Shown: positions 1-12,169 of the stretch, piece by piece
Layout: the number at the start of each line of letters is the position of its first letter
Numbering within the stretch: the stretch's first letter is position 1
Source of the DNA: Polymyxa betae A26-41
Lineage: Eukaryota; Protista; Endomyxa: Phytomyxea
DNA length: 64,000 nucleotides
Assembly: GCA_003693705.1 (NCBI GenBank)
Contig: RBZT01000855.1
Span: 62,001 to 126,000 of the forward strand
Reading direction: 5' to 3'
Position numbers and translations under genes: made by a program
Notes under the pieces: generated by a model
What the model was told of the DNA's origin: nothing
Database searches by the model: none
The model's input: only the letters and a program-made list of their open reading frames with translations

Positions 1-1014
1 GGCCAATTGGAGACTTCTGGCATTCCCAACATAGGTAGAAGGAAAATGAACATGAACAGAGCCTGGAAAGCGTTCTGCCGCAAATTTGAGTCGAGAACTA
101 AATCACCGACTTTTCACTCACGTTTTCAGCAATGCACAGCATCTCGCTCTTCTGGTTTTCGTGACGAACGAATTTGTATGTTGTGACTCCCAGTAATCCC
201 AATGAGGCAGCGCTCGCGAATGATGCCACGGCAGCTAACACAAACTGTAAAGAATCTCCATCGTTTTCCTTCTTGTCTGTACTGCCTGAAAAAATTGACA
301 GACATGATGCAGAGAACATGGTGCCGATCGCCAGATAATGCCAAGCTGTGAACTGAGCTTGCAATGAGTACAATCGGAAAGGAAAAGGATCCAGCACACT
401 CACATGTTTCTTGGTGAACATTTTAGAGAACGTGACCGAGAACACGATCGAGCTCGCCTTTAATACAGTGTAGATGGCAACATGAAGACCAAGTGCACCA
501 ACGGCACCGCAATAGGAGTTGACGGCGTCGAGAAATCCCATGAGGGCGTACATCGACATGCGGTATTTCCCATTGGGTACGTAAATGTAGCCTTGCGAAT
601 AGATGGACATGGCGATCCAGATCATCAAGGATATCGGGAAACTGCAGGCTTCCACGAGCGTGATGTAGACCGACATGTCGATTTTAGCTTTGCCGTCGCG
701 AACATATTTGAAAGGCTGACAGAGAATGGTGTGAGCCGCACGAGCCGCTATTAGAAAGCAGGCGATAATAATGACGGTGACGTTCTTCGACAAGGGACTC
801 CGCAGCTTCGTTGGCTTCCAATAGCAGTCAACGACCATTGAAAGAACGCAAGAAGCCACCGCTCTCCTACCTTGTCGTGAATAGGATGACGATCGACTAC
901 CTCAGAGGCATGCTGGGCGGCCATGTAGTGGTCGATAACGAGCACACAATCTCACTAGTCGAGACACAGACGGGATCTGAGACTGGAGATTATTCCAGGC
1001 CCGGGGGGCGGCAT
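1..1014 (-). CDS. Multi-pass membrane transporter, DMT/nucleotide-sugar/CRT-like superfamily (multi-exon, 3' end runs off the window)
   Basis: ORF 98..859 has many hydrophobic helices and the DMT-type segment 'IYTVLKASSIVFSVTFSKMFTKK...WHYLAIGTMFSASCLS'. Candidate ATG at 1014 with short 5' exons. Confidence 0.6.
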
Positions 1015-1337
1015 GACCAGGCCGCGGTCACGCAGGCGTTTGTTCGGACTTGCGGAGACTGGCGGAGGTCGGCGAACTGGGACCTGGATTTGAGCGCCCC
1101 CGAGGGGGGCCTCTTCTAATGTGAGTTACGCCGTGTTCATCTCTATCCTTTCGTCCTTACGAAACCAAACATCATCGTGATGATCACAAACGACCGTCCT
1201 AACGATAACATGCTCGACGCATCTCCTTTTTTCACCTAGAGCGATTGGAAGTGTGACCAGGCCCGCAATTAAAGTTGGAACGTTTCGAACGAAGACGTTT
1301 AAGTCTTTGGGCCCGAAATCGCTTAAAGCGAAATTAC

Positions 1338-2811
1338 AACGTCCTGGATTTATGCGATGATTTAGGCTTGTTATTTTTATACAATATATTAATATGATAG
1401 CCGATCGAGATGTCAGCCTTGCATTAATAGCAACGGTCGATTCTTTGAATTCGTTGATGACTGGAATGGATTCTCCTTGACCGAGACCTTGGCCTCCAAA
1501 AAAATCTCCTTCTGCTGATTGATTACGGAATGCAGCCGAGCGATATCGGAGGTCAGTTTTTCGCGTTCGTTGTGGTTGGTTACGAACAACGAATGGAGGA
1601 CTGCAGCAAATAATTAGGAGCCGATTAACATTAGCAGACGGAATGCTTCGTACGCTGAGGAGGACTGTGCTGAACTGTTGAAGTGCTGAGATGATGCTGA
1701 ATATCTTCAACGTCATGAGACAGTTTCGATATACAATCTTTGAACTCTTCAATTTTCGCCCAGAAGTACCTGGGCGTTCAGATAAGCATAGGAAACAACC
1801 ACAACAGGATACGAATTGATTACGGTGAAGGCAACTGAGGCCATAGTTGCTGAATAGACTTATGCTTAAGACGAGCATTGGCGAATAATGCTTGCTCGCC
1901 ATACTTTAGCTCTTTTCTCACCTAAAAAGAGTTTGTGAATTAGCAGCGTGACAAGAAGGCGAAACACTTCTTTTTGGCGCGATTTAATTACAAAGCAACT
2001 GATAAAAACAATACAGGAAATGCAACTGGATTCTTGTCAGCAGTTCTTATCAAAGCGATTCGTGAAACACCTTAAACAGGAAATATTTGTAAACAGATAA
2101 ACATTACCTGATCCCTAAATCCTTGGAGACCAGTTTTGGTTTTCCGAATCTGCAATTGCAGGAATCGTAATCTCTGTTCGAATTTGGCTATATCGCTAAC
2201 AGCGAAATGCTCTGAGCGATCTGCATCCTCTAAAAGGCGATCAATTTCCGAGCTATCCATGGTATGTTTCTGGAACTGAGCGCTGGCAGGAACAGATCAT
2301 CACCATACTGCCAACAAACATGTCAGCAAACCCTTACTCAATCTCCTGGAACTTATTCTGCATAGCTTGTGGCAATTTCGAGAATATCGTGCTGTATTGG
2401 ACGATTTCAACGGCTGGCTGTTGCTGTGTCGTCGTGGCCGGCGCCAACGCCAAAGCATTGGTCTGCTGCGGCTGAACCGCGCTGCTACTAAAAGACGCCC
2501 ATCATTTGAAATCGACGATGGCGGCAAACTCGCGAACAGACCCGAAGGAGAACATACAGGTTGAGGACCGACGTCACCGGCAGCAGCTCGAGATTCGAAT
2601 CCGGACGATTGAACCTCCGCAGAAAAATCGCAATTGAATTGTTAAATCTGCTCTGCTGGAGGTGGTAGGTAGGTCAGAAACCCGCTCTGGATTTTTGTAA
2701 TGCTGTTGTTTTTAAAATTTCAGTGGCTGTAAGTTCATTTGAACAATATTAAGCCTGCTGATATGAACAGATTTCTGTTTCAATCTTGGCAAATTCCGGT
2801 GACGATGGCAT
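1338..2811 (-). CDS. Hypothetical coiled-coil protein (multi-exon, boundaries uncertain)
   Basis: Heptad-like exons such as 'MDSSEIDRLLEDADRSEHFAVSDIAKFEQRLRFLQLQIRKTKTGLQ' (2072..2260) and 'EREKLTSDIARLHSVINQQKEIFLEAK', flanked by minus-strand GT/AG sites. Confidence 0.35.
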
Positions 2812-3082
2812 GTCTCCGGTCAGATCAAAATTAGAATGGATGGTTGAATATTGTCACTCTAATAAATCTCATAATGAATTTCGATCTGCGATTATTTCAA
2901 ACAGGAGTGTTGTATAAGAGCTGCATGTAAGTGATAGAAGCCATCGTCACTTTGTCAAAGCGCGATTTAAGAGAGGGAGCGCCCTGAGACGGCGCTCTCT
3001 GACATCAGCAACGATTCTTGACGCCCAGGCCAGTCAGCCGTCCGGGCGTTCCCAATCGCTCCATCTGCTTCTGCCTGGCTCC

Positions 3083-4501
3083 ATGAATCATTCGGTGCCA
3101 TTCCCCAGCCTTCTCCCATCCAGCACCCAATCGTCTATTGATAACGACTCGGTATTCATTCGGTTTCAATTCTCTCTATATTTTAATAACTTTTCGTACT
3201 GTTATTGTTTGCAGAATGGTTTGTTCATGCTAATTCTATTATCCAGAATAACGGGTATTTTCATGGGAATCGGAAGCAGTTTATATCTCGTGCGAGATTT
3301 ATGCTGCGATCATGGATCCAACGCCTGCTGGGTTTCGACGAGGTTTCCATGGGCAGGTTTTCACGTATTATCTCCAATGATGCCGACTCCCGAAAGCTCG
3401 TCGCCTACCTTATAGTAACCGGCAGCCTGATATTCATCAAATTCATTGTCGCCGTCGTCACCTTTAGTACCGGTAAAATGGTTCAAACCGAAATCTTCAA
3501 TTCGTGACAGGATTTAGGTCTCATTGCTCTTTCCATGACGAACATGTTTGATTGCTCGGTTTTACTAACAGCTTTGGCCTCGATGACGTTCTCCAGGAAG
3601 CCCAGCGATTCACTATTTAGTTATGGTAATGCTGATTGGCTCTCTGCGATTTGAGCTTGAAAGATTCTTGCAGGTTATCTAAGATTCGAGATTCTGTCAT
3701 GCTTTACAATCACATGCTTTCTGATGTTCAATGCATTCTTTACGCTGATGGAAGCGCTACACGTCATGGCAACGGGCTCTTTAGGGGACTCGTCCCGAAT
3801 GGTGTTTTTCGAGATTTTAGGTCTTGCTGTCAATATGTTTGGAATGGTATCGTTCAGGCCGGAATGGATTGGGAGATATTTTGGCATTCGCGGTGAGATC
3901 ACATTCCTCCCTCTTGCCGATAGCATTGAAATTTCTGTTTAGAATATTCGCGTCTAACAAACGGTGCACGACGAATCCATCTCGACGCCGTTTTTACTTA
4001 CCTGATCTGCGAATCTGTGTTCCGATCGGTGGCTTTGCTGGGAGTATTTTTCCCCGATTCCAAAGCCGTGTATTTTGTAGGCGATTGTTTTATATAACTG
4101 CAATGTCTAATGCTAGGTTGCAGATGGCATCCCTTTCTGGTGCTGCCTTTGCGTTCTCTCTAGCATATCCAATCTTTATCCGATCTGCAAAGGTTCTGCT
4201 GCAAACGAGGCCCGTTGAATGTGCCGATTCGCTTTACAAAAACATCCGAGATGTAAAGTGGCGCCATCAAAGTGTTCTGCTCTTCTCAGTTGTATTTCAG
4301 ATTTCTGTCCTTGAAGGAGTTCTCGAATGCAGATCATCGCAGTTTTGGTCGTTGGCTCCAGGCGATGTTGTCGGTACCGTACATATTCGAGCACGTGCTG
4401 ATGCAAATGAATCTATGATCCTCGATAATGCACACTCTATTCTGTCCCATTCTGTACAAAGACTAACTATTCAAGTAGAAAAAGATGCAAGAATTGAATA
4501 A
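3083..4501 (+). CDS. Cation diffusion facilitator (CDF/SLC30) zinc-transporter family, ZnT6-like (multi-exon)
   Basis: Spliced translation gives 'DSRKLVAYLIV...MFDCSVLLTALAS...FSYG|YLRFEILSCF...EALH...SAKVLLQTRP...FWSLAPGDVVGTVHI...LTIQVEK', which are CDF signatures. Confidence 0.8.
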
Positions 4502-5369
4502 ATGTACTGGGTATAAGTTAGTGATTACAATGCTGAACATTCATAATCGCATTCCTTGTGGCGGAACGAAGGGTTTTTAAAATGATATCGCAAGACTGTA
4601 CAGCATATTACATGTCCAAAGTATCAAATGAAAACAGCTGTGTTACCTTGACAGCGGATAGCCTCATCTGTCCATCAAGATTCTTGACGCTGGTCTCGTA
4701 GTCACGGCGAATCGACCGGGCTCTTTCGATCAGAAAAGGCAAGATTCCCTAGAAGACGAATACATGATTTTTGTAGCAAGAAAGCGATGGCATTTACTGT
4801 AGTTACTGATCCAGAACTATCATCCTTGATTACATTAGAAAAATTGTCGTGAACTTGAGGCTCGACCATCTGACTTTTAACTCAGGTACACATGAGTTGG
4901 AAGCAACCAGTACTGCCATGTCATTGTGGTTATCGTCTAAAGATTGCGATCGCATTCCTCCATTCGGTTGGCTTTCTACCGAGCCTCCCACTACGAATCT
5001 TTGGAATATACCCAGCATGGCGCTACTACAACCTAACCTGCTAGGTCATTCACCAAGACAGACAGCCTGCTACAGAACGGATCATTGCGCTCCAGCTCCA
5101 GTAAATATTGCACCAGCTGAGCTCGGTCGTCATCTACGACTTTCTGTCCCATCTTCATCAGGCTAGGGTATTGATAATCTAAGAAGTGTTATGAAAGCTC
5201 CGTTTCATGAGGGACTGATTATACAGATGTCAAATGTAACGTCATTTGGCATTTTTGAAGATTTGCATCAAAATAAACGCATTTTTTAGCGAACTTTACG
5301 GGACTGTAGGAACTTCATTCCTCGTTGTTGCCATAGTTTCGACATTATCTTTCTATCTGATAATTCCCC

Positions 5370-8300
5370 AGTATGGCCTGCCTTCATCTGCCGAATTGCC
5401 GAACTGAATTTGTTTGGCAGTGGGTAAAGGTCATTTGACCGCCCTTGATGTCGCTGCTTCAGCCAAAGAATTATCCATTGCCTTGGCTGGATGCCGCCTC
5501 ACCAATGTATACGATCTGAATCAACGAACGTATCTGTTTAAGTTTGGGCGTCCGGGTGGATATAAGGCGTTTCTCATCGTTGAATCTGGTATTCGCTATC
5601 ATCTCACAGCATTCGAACGGGAAACTGGACCGCTTCCAAACCCTTTTTGCATGAAGCTTAGAAAGCATCTTCGAACTAAGTAAGCTGATTATTAACATGA
5701 TCTGCACACACATTTGTCATCATCCAATAGGCGCCTTGAAGGTGTTCGTCAATGTGGTTTCGATCGTATTCTGCAGGTGATCGGAAAGGGAATGCATTTG
5801 TTCTCAACATTCATTGCTTAATAGTTGACGTTTGCTACTGGCGACCATACAAACCATGTTTTTATCGAATTGCATTCTGGCGGTAATATTATACTGGCAG
5901 ATGCAACATTGAAGATCATGAGCCTCCTTCGTCCCTACGAAACTGCCCAAGCTGGGAAAGTAGCGGTTCACGAACGATATCCAATTGAGCATGCAATCGA
6001 ACTGAATGAATCATGCTCGGTAAATGTCGACGAATCGCAATCATTGATGAGTTTCTGTATTGGGCAAGGCCTTCCGAAACAGCTTGTATCTTATTGCTTA
6101 GCTGAGCTCGGTTTTGATAAGAACACAAAAGCTACGCCGGAAAATGTTGCTCTTGTTTATGAGAAGTGCAATCATATTGTCGCTGGTTTGAGAGCATTAG
6201 ATACGCCCACTAAAGGCTACCTGTTCAAAAAGGACGCCAAGAATGTGGAGTTTTCACCGATTCTTTTCCAGGAGCATCAACTGTATTCCGAATCAGAAAC
6301 GTTCCCGACTTTCAATGAAGCGTTTGTGGCGTGTTTATTCTTATTTAGCGACATTTACATGCTATAGGATGGACGCGTTTTTCTCTACTTTAGAATCCAT
6401 ACAAAAAGTGCAACAATCGGCCAAGAACGAATGGAAAGCCTTGTCAAAAGAAGAGAAGATGCGGCGCGATCTCGACCAGCGTATCAACAAGCTCGAAGCT
6501 GTCTCTGATCGTAACTCCCAGCTTGCCGCTCTGATTGAAGATAATCTGGACTTGGTTTGCCCGAAACGTCTCCATGGCTTGTCTTGCTGCTAATTTGGTA
6601 TCAAGATCGATAGTATCATCAACGCCCTGCGAACGGAGATAGCCAGTGGCGCTAGCTGGACCGAATTGGAACGCATGGTGGCTGAAGAAACACAGCATGG
6701 GCAGAATCCGATAGCGTCGTCGATCAAGTCGCTTCATTTCGAGAAGAATTCCGTTGTTGTGTTTCTGGGTCCCGGCAAGACTCCAGTTGAAATCGATCTT
6801 GGCATCTCCGCCCATGCAAGTGCGAATAACTATTACAATGCCAAAAAGAAGGCGAAAAACAAATCGGAAAGAACCATCGTAATTTGATGGTCATCGTTTT
6901 GGGAAATCCTCTATTCATCCGCGTTCAGGCTGCTTCGGAAGTTGCCATGAAAAGTGCCAAGACCCAGGCGCAAAAGGACTTGAAGAAGGCGCAGAAGAAA
7001 GGCACGGTGGGTGCCCAGGCCTTAAGCGTTCGTCGTAGAACGCATTGGTTTGAGAAATTTCAATGGTTTATAACAAGTGACAATTTTCTCGTTATTGGCG
7101 GACGGGACGCTCAGCAGAATGAACTCGTATGATGCAAGCCATAGTTCCGATCTCTTGGTTGGGTTTGATAGTTTCTAGGTGGTGCGTCGCCATCTCGACC
7201 CGAATGATTTGTATTTCCATGCCGATATGCATGGAGCAAGTTCCGTTATTTTAAAGAATCCTGAAGGGGTCGGTTCCGTTCCAGAAAGATCACTTCAGGT
7301 TTTCTTTTGTTTGTGATCATGTCCCTTTTCTAATTGCGTTTATGCAGGAGGCTGCCCAGTTTACTGTATGCAACAGTGCAGCATGGACCAATAAAGCGAT
7401 TGGATCTGCATATTGGGTTAAAGCTGATCAAGTATTTGATTTTTGCGATCCAGCTTGAATCGTTGAGATGATGTATTTTACAGGTTTCAAAAACGGCACC
7501 GACAGGAATGTATGTATCGACTGGTTCTTTCATGGTCAGAGGAAAGCGAAATTACATCCCCTGTTCACAGCTCTTGCTTGGTCTGAATGCACAACGTAAT
7601 GCTGCTTGATCATTTTCTTACGTACATAATAGGATTCACTTTCCTGTTTCGTGTGACAGAGGATTGCATTGCGGCTCATAAAAGCGAAAGATCGGCGCAT
7701 CACGATGAAGACGAGTTTTCTAATCCCGGCAAAGTAACTGGGCAAACATTCCTTTTTTCATTTATTAAGATAATTCACGGCAGATCGACAGAATCATTAG
7801 TGATAACGAGGATGACGATTTGGGGATTCAAGATCTCTCTCTCAAAGCCTCCAACTTTGAACAAAACAGCGGCGATGGATTCAACACGAATCGAGCAGCA
7901 ATGGATAACGGCGACGGGCAATCAGATGACCAAGAGAGCGATGCCGATCCCAGTGATCCAGCTCCTGAAATCGTCGAGTCAGTCATGGTGTTCGTGATCA
8001 TGTTTGCGCTCGTAATCAGTTGACTTTGATGCAGGCAGCCGGATGCGTCGACTGAATTGAAACCATCTGCAGCTTCTTTCGACGTGACCAGCTCGCTGCT
8101 GCACTCGCTAAGTACTGATGACAGTCCATCGTACAATCCGAATTTGTTCAAGAAGTTGGATGACGGTCAATCCGGTGGTGGTCGGCTGAGTGTTAAACAG
8201 AGGCGTCAGATGAAAAAATCTGGTATGCTGCTTTTGTCTCTAATTGTTCATGTTTCTGATTCAATGTAGGAAAATCGGCAAACGAAACCATTCAGGATCA

Positions 8301-9273
8301 GAATCAACCTGAAGAGAAGCCCAAGCCAGCTTCAGCCCCGATTTTACCTCGAGGGAAACGCAACAAATTGAAGAAAATGAAGAAGAAATATGCCGATCAG
8401 GTCTGTTGACTTTTCAGGCTAGATATCGTCTTCATGTGCTCATCGCCTGTTTAGGATGAAGTTGATAGGCAACGTGCATTGCAGTTGCTTGGTTCATCAT
8501 CCATTAAAGAACTAGATGGTGCCGATGAAAAGTCGCCTAGTTCAGAGGAAGAAAGCGATAACGATGAGGCTCCTGTCGCTGATCAAACCGATCAAGAACC
8601 GGTTCAAGATCAAGATTGGATTGTGAAGATCTGTTTTCACTGCCACAGTATAGGACCTGCCATGTCGTATCTTCATTTGTTTGATTCGTTCTAGGCCAAG
8701 GTCACGTTGCTCGTACTTGCCCTCAGCTTGACGGTTTGGACAAAACTACTGTCAATAAGATTGTTCAGCAGGGTACGGTATCTGCCTGATTTCATGTTCT
8801 GTGATTGATGTCTTTTAGGTCAAGATCGCAATCGAGAAGAAAATCAGAAACATACAAAGGATGATGGGGATGAAGATTTCAATTTGCACTGCCTGGTTGG
8901 ATGTCCAACGACATCTGATGAGCTTCTCTATGCATTGCCTATGTGTGCACCATATTCTGCCATCATGAACTATAAATTCAAAGTGAAGGTCATACCTGGG
9001 GTTGATAAGCGAGGTCTTTGGCGATATTGTTGTTTGTGATGTCTGCTGAATCATGATGCAGGAACTGCTGCGAAATCGTGCCTATCGCTTTGCATGCGAA
9101 TGCTGCAAGGTGATCCAGATGCGAATCGAATCCAGAACCTGATGAAAGCCATCAGCGATAACGATCTGGCCGTAGTCCTGCCTCCAGGTTCCAAGGTTTC
9201 CGCTCCTGGAATTGGCAGTATCAAGAACAGCAAACACAGTAAGAAACCTGGGCAAAAACGCCCAAAAAAATAA
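5370..9273 (+). CDS. NEMF: Ribosome quality-control factor NEMF/Rqc2 (Caliban/SDCCAG1) with a CCHC zinc knuckle (multi-exon)
   Basis: '[16 protein letters not shown]...[12 protein letters not shown]...[15 protein letters not shown]', '[12 protein letters not shown]', '[29 protein letters not shown]', 'HADMHGASS', '[25 protein letters not shown]', '[19 protein letters not shown]', '[20 protein letters not shown]'. Confidence 0.95.
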
Positions 9274-9457
9274 ATTTGTACAGCATGTATTTATGCACTG
9301 CTTTGCTCCTGATATTGAGATACTGATAGTCTGGAATGCATTGTTTGGAACCGACGACTTTGCAATGAAATTATTCTCCTGGAACCAATCTGGGTCTAAG
9401 CACATCAGATCGGTATGATTGCTGATCGAAATTCTGATCCTTGAAACAACATTTCTT

Positions 9458-10156
9458 ATGCAAATGGGAAGTTGGGCTCTTCTGGTTCTTGCGCTTTCTG
9501 TTGCTAAAGCACTTGATACCGATATGCTTGTTAGTGAACTTCGCAGATTAGGCCTTTCCAAAGAGCAATTACTTGACGTTATACAACATACACCATCCAC
9601 ATCAGAAGATCTTCCACCAGAACTTAACACTCCGACCGTGAATGAAATCGAACGTATTGAAAGACTGTTTCCCGAAGGTGTCAAGGACGTCACTGGCTCA
9701 GCTAGATGCCCGATTGATGGGTCGGTCTGTTACGAAGTGATTATTGCACCAGCAGGTGCACATCTAGATCTGAAAAACACGGGTTTACGAAGGTTGAAGA
9801 AAGCGCTGAATCCGGATTATCGATCAAAAGCCAAGCGCGAGCTGAAGATTTTCTTCAGAATCCCGAAGCAATACCCAGAAAAAGCGGTTCATCTCCGGAT
9901 CACCAATTCCAAGGGGTTCTTGAAGAAGGACGTCAGAAGACTCGAAAGCGTTCTACGAAATATGGCCCAGCGATCGGGAGCATCGTTGGAGAAGCTGTGT
10001 CGGCGAGCGCTGCGATTCGTAACCGATTCGGATGATCCGCTGAGAACGCAGCCTATCAGTATCTGGATCATTATAGCAGTCGGCCTCACAATTCTCTTCT
10101 TATACAACTATGTCAAATGGCGTCTAGATCATGTCACCACCATCTATCATCGATAA
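9458..10156 (+). CDS. Signal peptide + RWD-like domain + C-terminal TM helix (single exon)
   Basis: N-terminus 'MGSWALLVLALSVAKA'. RWD hallmarks 'EIERIERLFP' and 'LKIFFRIPKQYPEKAVHLRI'. TM helix 'ISIWIIIAVGLTILFLYNYV'. Confidence 0.65.
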   Translation: MQMGSWALLVLALSVAKALDTDMLVSELRRLGLSKEQLLDVIQHTPSTSEDLPPELNTPTVNEIERIERLFPEGVKDVTGSARCPIDGSVCYEVIIAPAGAHLDLKNTGLRRLKKALNPDYRSKAKRELKIFFRIPKQYPEKAVHLRITNSKGFLKKDVRRLESVLRNMAQRSGASLEKLCRRALRFVTDSDDPLRTQPISIWIIIAVGLTILFLYNYVKWRLDHVTTIYHR

Positions 10157-10357
10157 ACAGCTCCTGTTTTTATGTTGATTGAGGTGCATTTATTACAATC
10201 TCAAAACAGTTCATTCGCTCTTGGAATCAAGAAAACACATCGATTGCTGTGAAATGCTCCAGAATAATCCATTCAGCAGTTCTGGAAGGAACCTACTGGG
10301 ATTGACAGATTTTCAACGTCTTCGATCAGATTTATACAAGGTCGCCGTGCTGGCCCG

Positions 10358-11808
10358 ATGTCGGTGAGATTGTCACTGGTGGCGTCAATTATACTGCCAG
10401 TGTTAACGTTATGTGAGGCAGATCTTCGAGCCCTTCTGCAGGTGAATACGGCGCCGGCAGTGACTCCAATCCCCATCAATGTTCAAGACGTGTTCATATC
10501 AAGCGCCGCCATCGGAGCTGGACTTGTCGTGCTGTGTTTGGTGATCCTTCGCTGGTTCATTAAAGGCATGTAATCGAGCTGGCAGTTGTTATGCGAGCGT
10601 TCATTCTCAAGACAAGTAATGGTTATAAAAGGCATCGATTATTTACAGGATGAGAACTGGGTTTCGAGTACCTTTTGACCGAGAATTGCCATTTGGCACA
10701 GTCGGTCTCAAGACGACATGCCAGTTGAGTTCCTTGACGAAGTCTACAGCGACATAGCAAATGATGCCATTGCTCCAGCATCTGAAACTTTACTGCCTTC
10801 GGGATTGGCCAACTCTCGTAATCCGCTTGAATCCGACAACATAATCGTATAGCTTAATCTCGGATGCAGTTCTGATACTCGGATTCGGAGCATGTGTGAT
10901 GTGGTAGAGCTTTATGATATCAAAGTCCAGGCTGTACTTAATGACGTCCAGGGCGTGCTCTATACTATGGAGGTTCAAGATGATTTCTGCCCTGAGTAAA
11001 GCATTTAGTCAAGGGCAGGTACGACAGCCGTTTCTTTGGGGCGTCGAATCCTCTCTGAAGCATGCTGTAGATTATTCGCATCGATTCGGCGGGTCAGTTC
11101 TTATCAACAACCGACACCGCTGTTCGAGTATCCAACGTTCAGACGTTGATTCGCGAATCGCCGCGATCGCCAGAGCGGAGAACTCAGACACGAATCGAGC
11201 AAATCTATTCTCCCATAAATGTTCGGGCCGATTCAGTACGATGTCTCACGAACGAGATTGTGATGCCAATAACAAACGATGTCCCTGTTACTGTTATTGT
11301 TATTCCAGTTTCGATTGATTCAATTCTTGCTTCATTATCCAGTTTTAACGACCTGAAAATGCTTCAACGAAGGCCAGATAAAATGATCGCACAATATCCT
11401 GCAGGAATTAGCTCCATTCAACTTGATGTCGATACGGCGACCCGGTCTGTAGTAATTCTGATGATCGAATCGGTATCATCAACTGCACATCTGCTTGGAA
11501 TTCAAGAAAGGATTGTTCGGCGTCATGTGTTCGTGGCTGGATCAACCGTGGTCGATGTCAGCGAGGTATTCGGTCAGGATAGTGATGACGATTGTGTCGT
11601 GTGCTTATCAAACAACAAATCGGTAGTCCTACTACCATGTCTGCATATGTGCATATGCGCATTCTGTAATCGTCAGATCGATCGGTGCCCTGTCTGCAGA
11701 TCACCAATTGAACGATTCCTATCAGATCAGCCTGGTCCAGTGGAAGATCAAGATCAACCTGTCCCCGACAATCACATTATTGGTCTAGTATCAAGCCAGT
11801 CGTATTAA
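10358..11808 (+). CDS. Membrane-anchored C3HC4 RING E3 ligase, MGRN1/LOG2-like (multi-exon)
   Basis: C-terminal 'CVVCLSNNKSVVLLPCLHMCICAFCNRQIDRCPVCR'. LOG2-like segments 'IYSPINVRADSVR' and 'IVRRHVFVAGSTVVDVSEVFG'. N-terminal signal peptide plus TM in exon 1. Confidence 0.75.
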
Positions 11809-12169
11809 GATCGTTATATGGAACTCTATAGCTTTTCACTCTATTGTTACGCAGCTTTAGATTTGGAAGCTATCATAAGTAGTTGGCTCATTTGTTTTGA
11901 AACGAAAAGCTGTGTGTGGTACGTAAAGACTCTTTCGTCCATACAAGAATCCCGTCATTTGCAGCAATGTCATATTCCATCATATAATATTACTGTTGGC
12001 GGTGACCCGGGTACCACTGTGGGTTGCCCCAGCCCCCCATCACCCCCAAAGGGCTGCGATATCGCTTAGCTCTGGCCAATGTCTACTGAGAGATGCTTTA
12101 CTACATATGGAGTGGACTGTTACACAGATAGGGTCATTGTGCCATTCCATCTAAGGGACATCTTGGACG

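Noticed and set aside
1126-1902. 258-aa minus-strand ORF as a single-exon gene
   Set aside because: A different frame gives more protein-like coiled-coil exons bounded by splice sites, so the ORF is probably a partial-frame artefact.
4600-5170. Possible small minus-strand gene between the CDF and NEMF genes
   Set aside because: Only fragmentary ORFs with no recognisable homology; insufficient support.
8626-8722. CCHC zinc knuckle in NEMF as a retroelement gag remnant or a novelty
   Set aside because: It is spliced in-frame within NEMF, knuckles are known in plant NEMF, and no RT or integrase is nearby.
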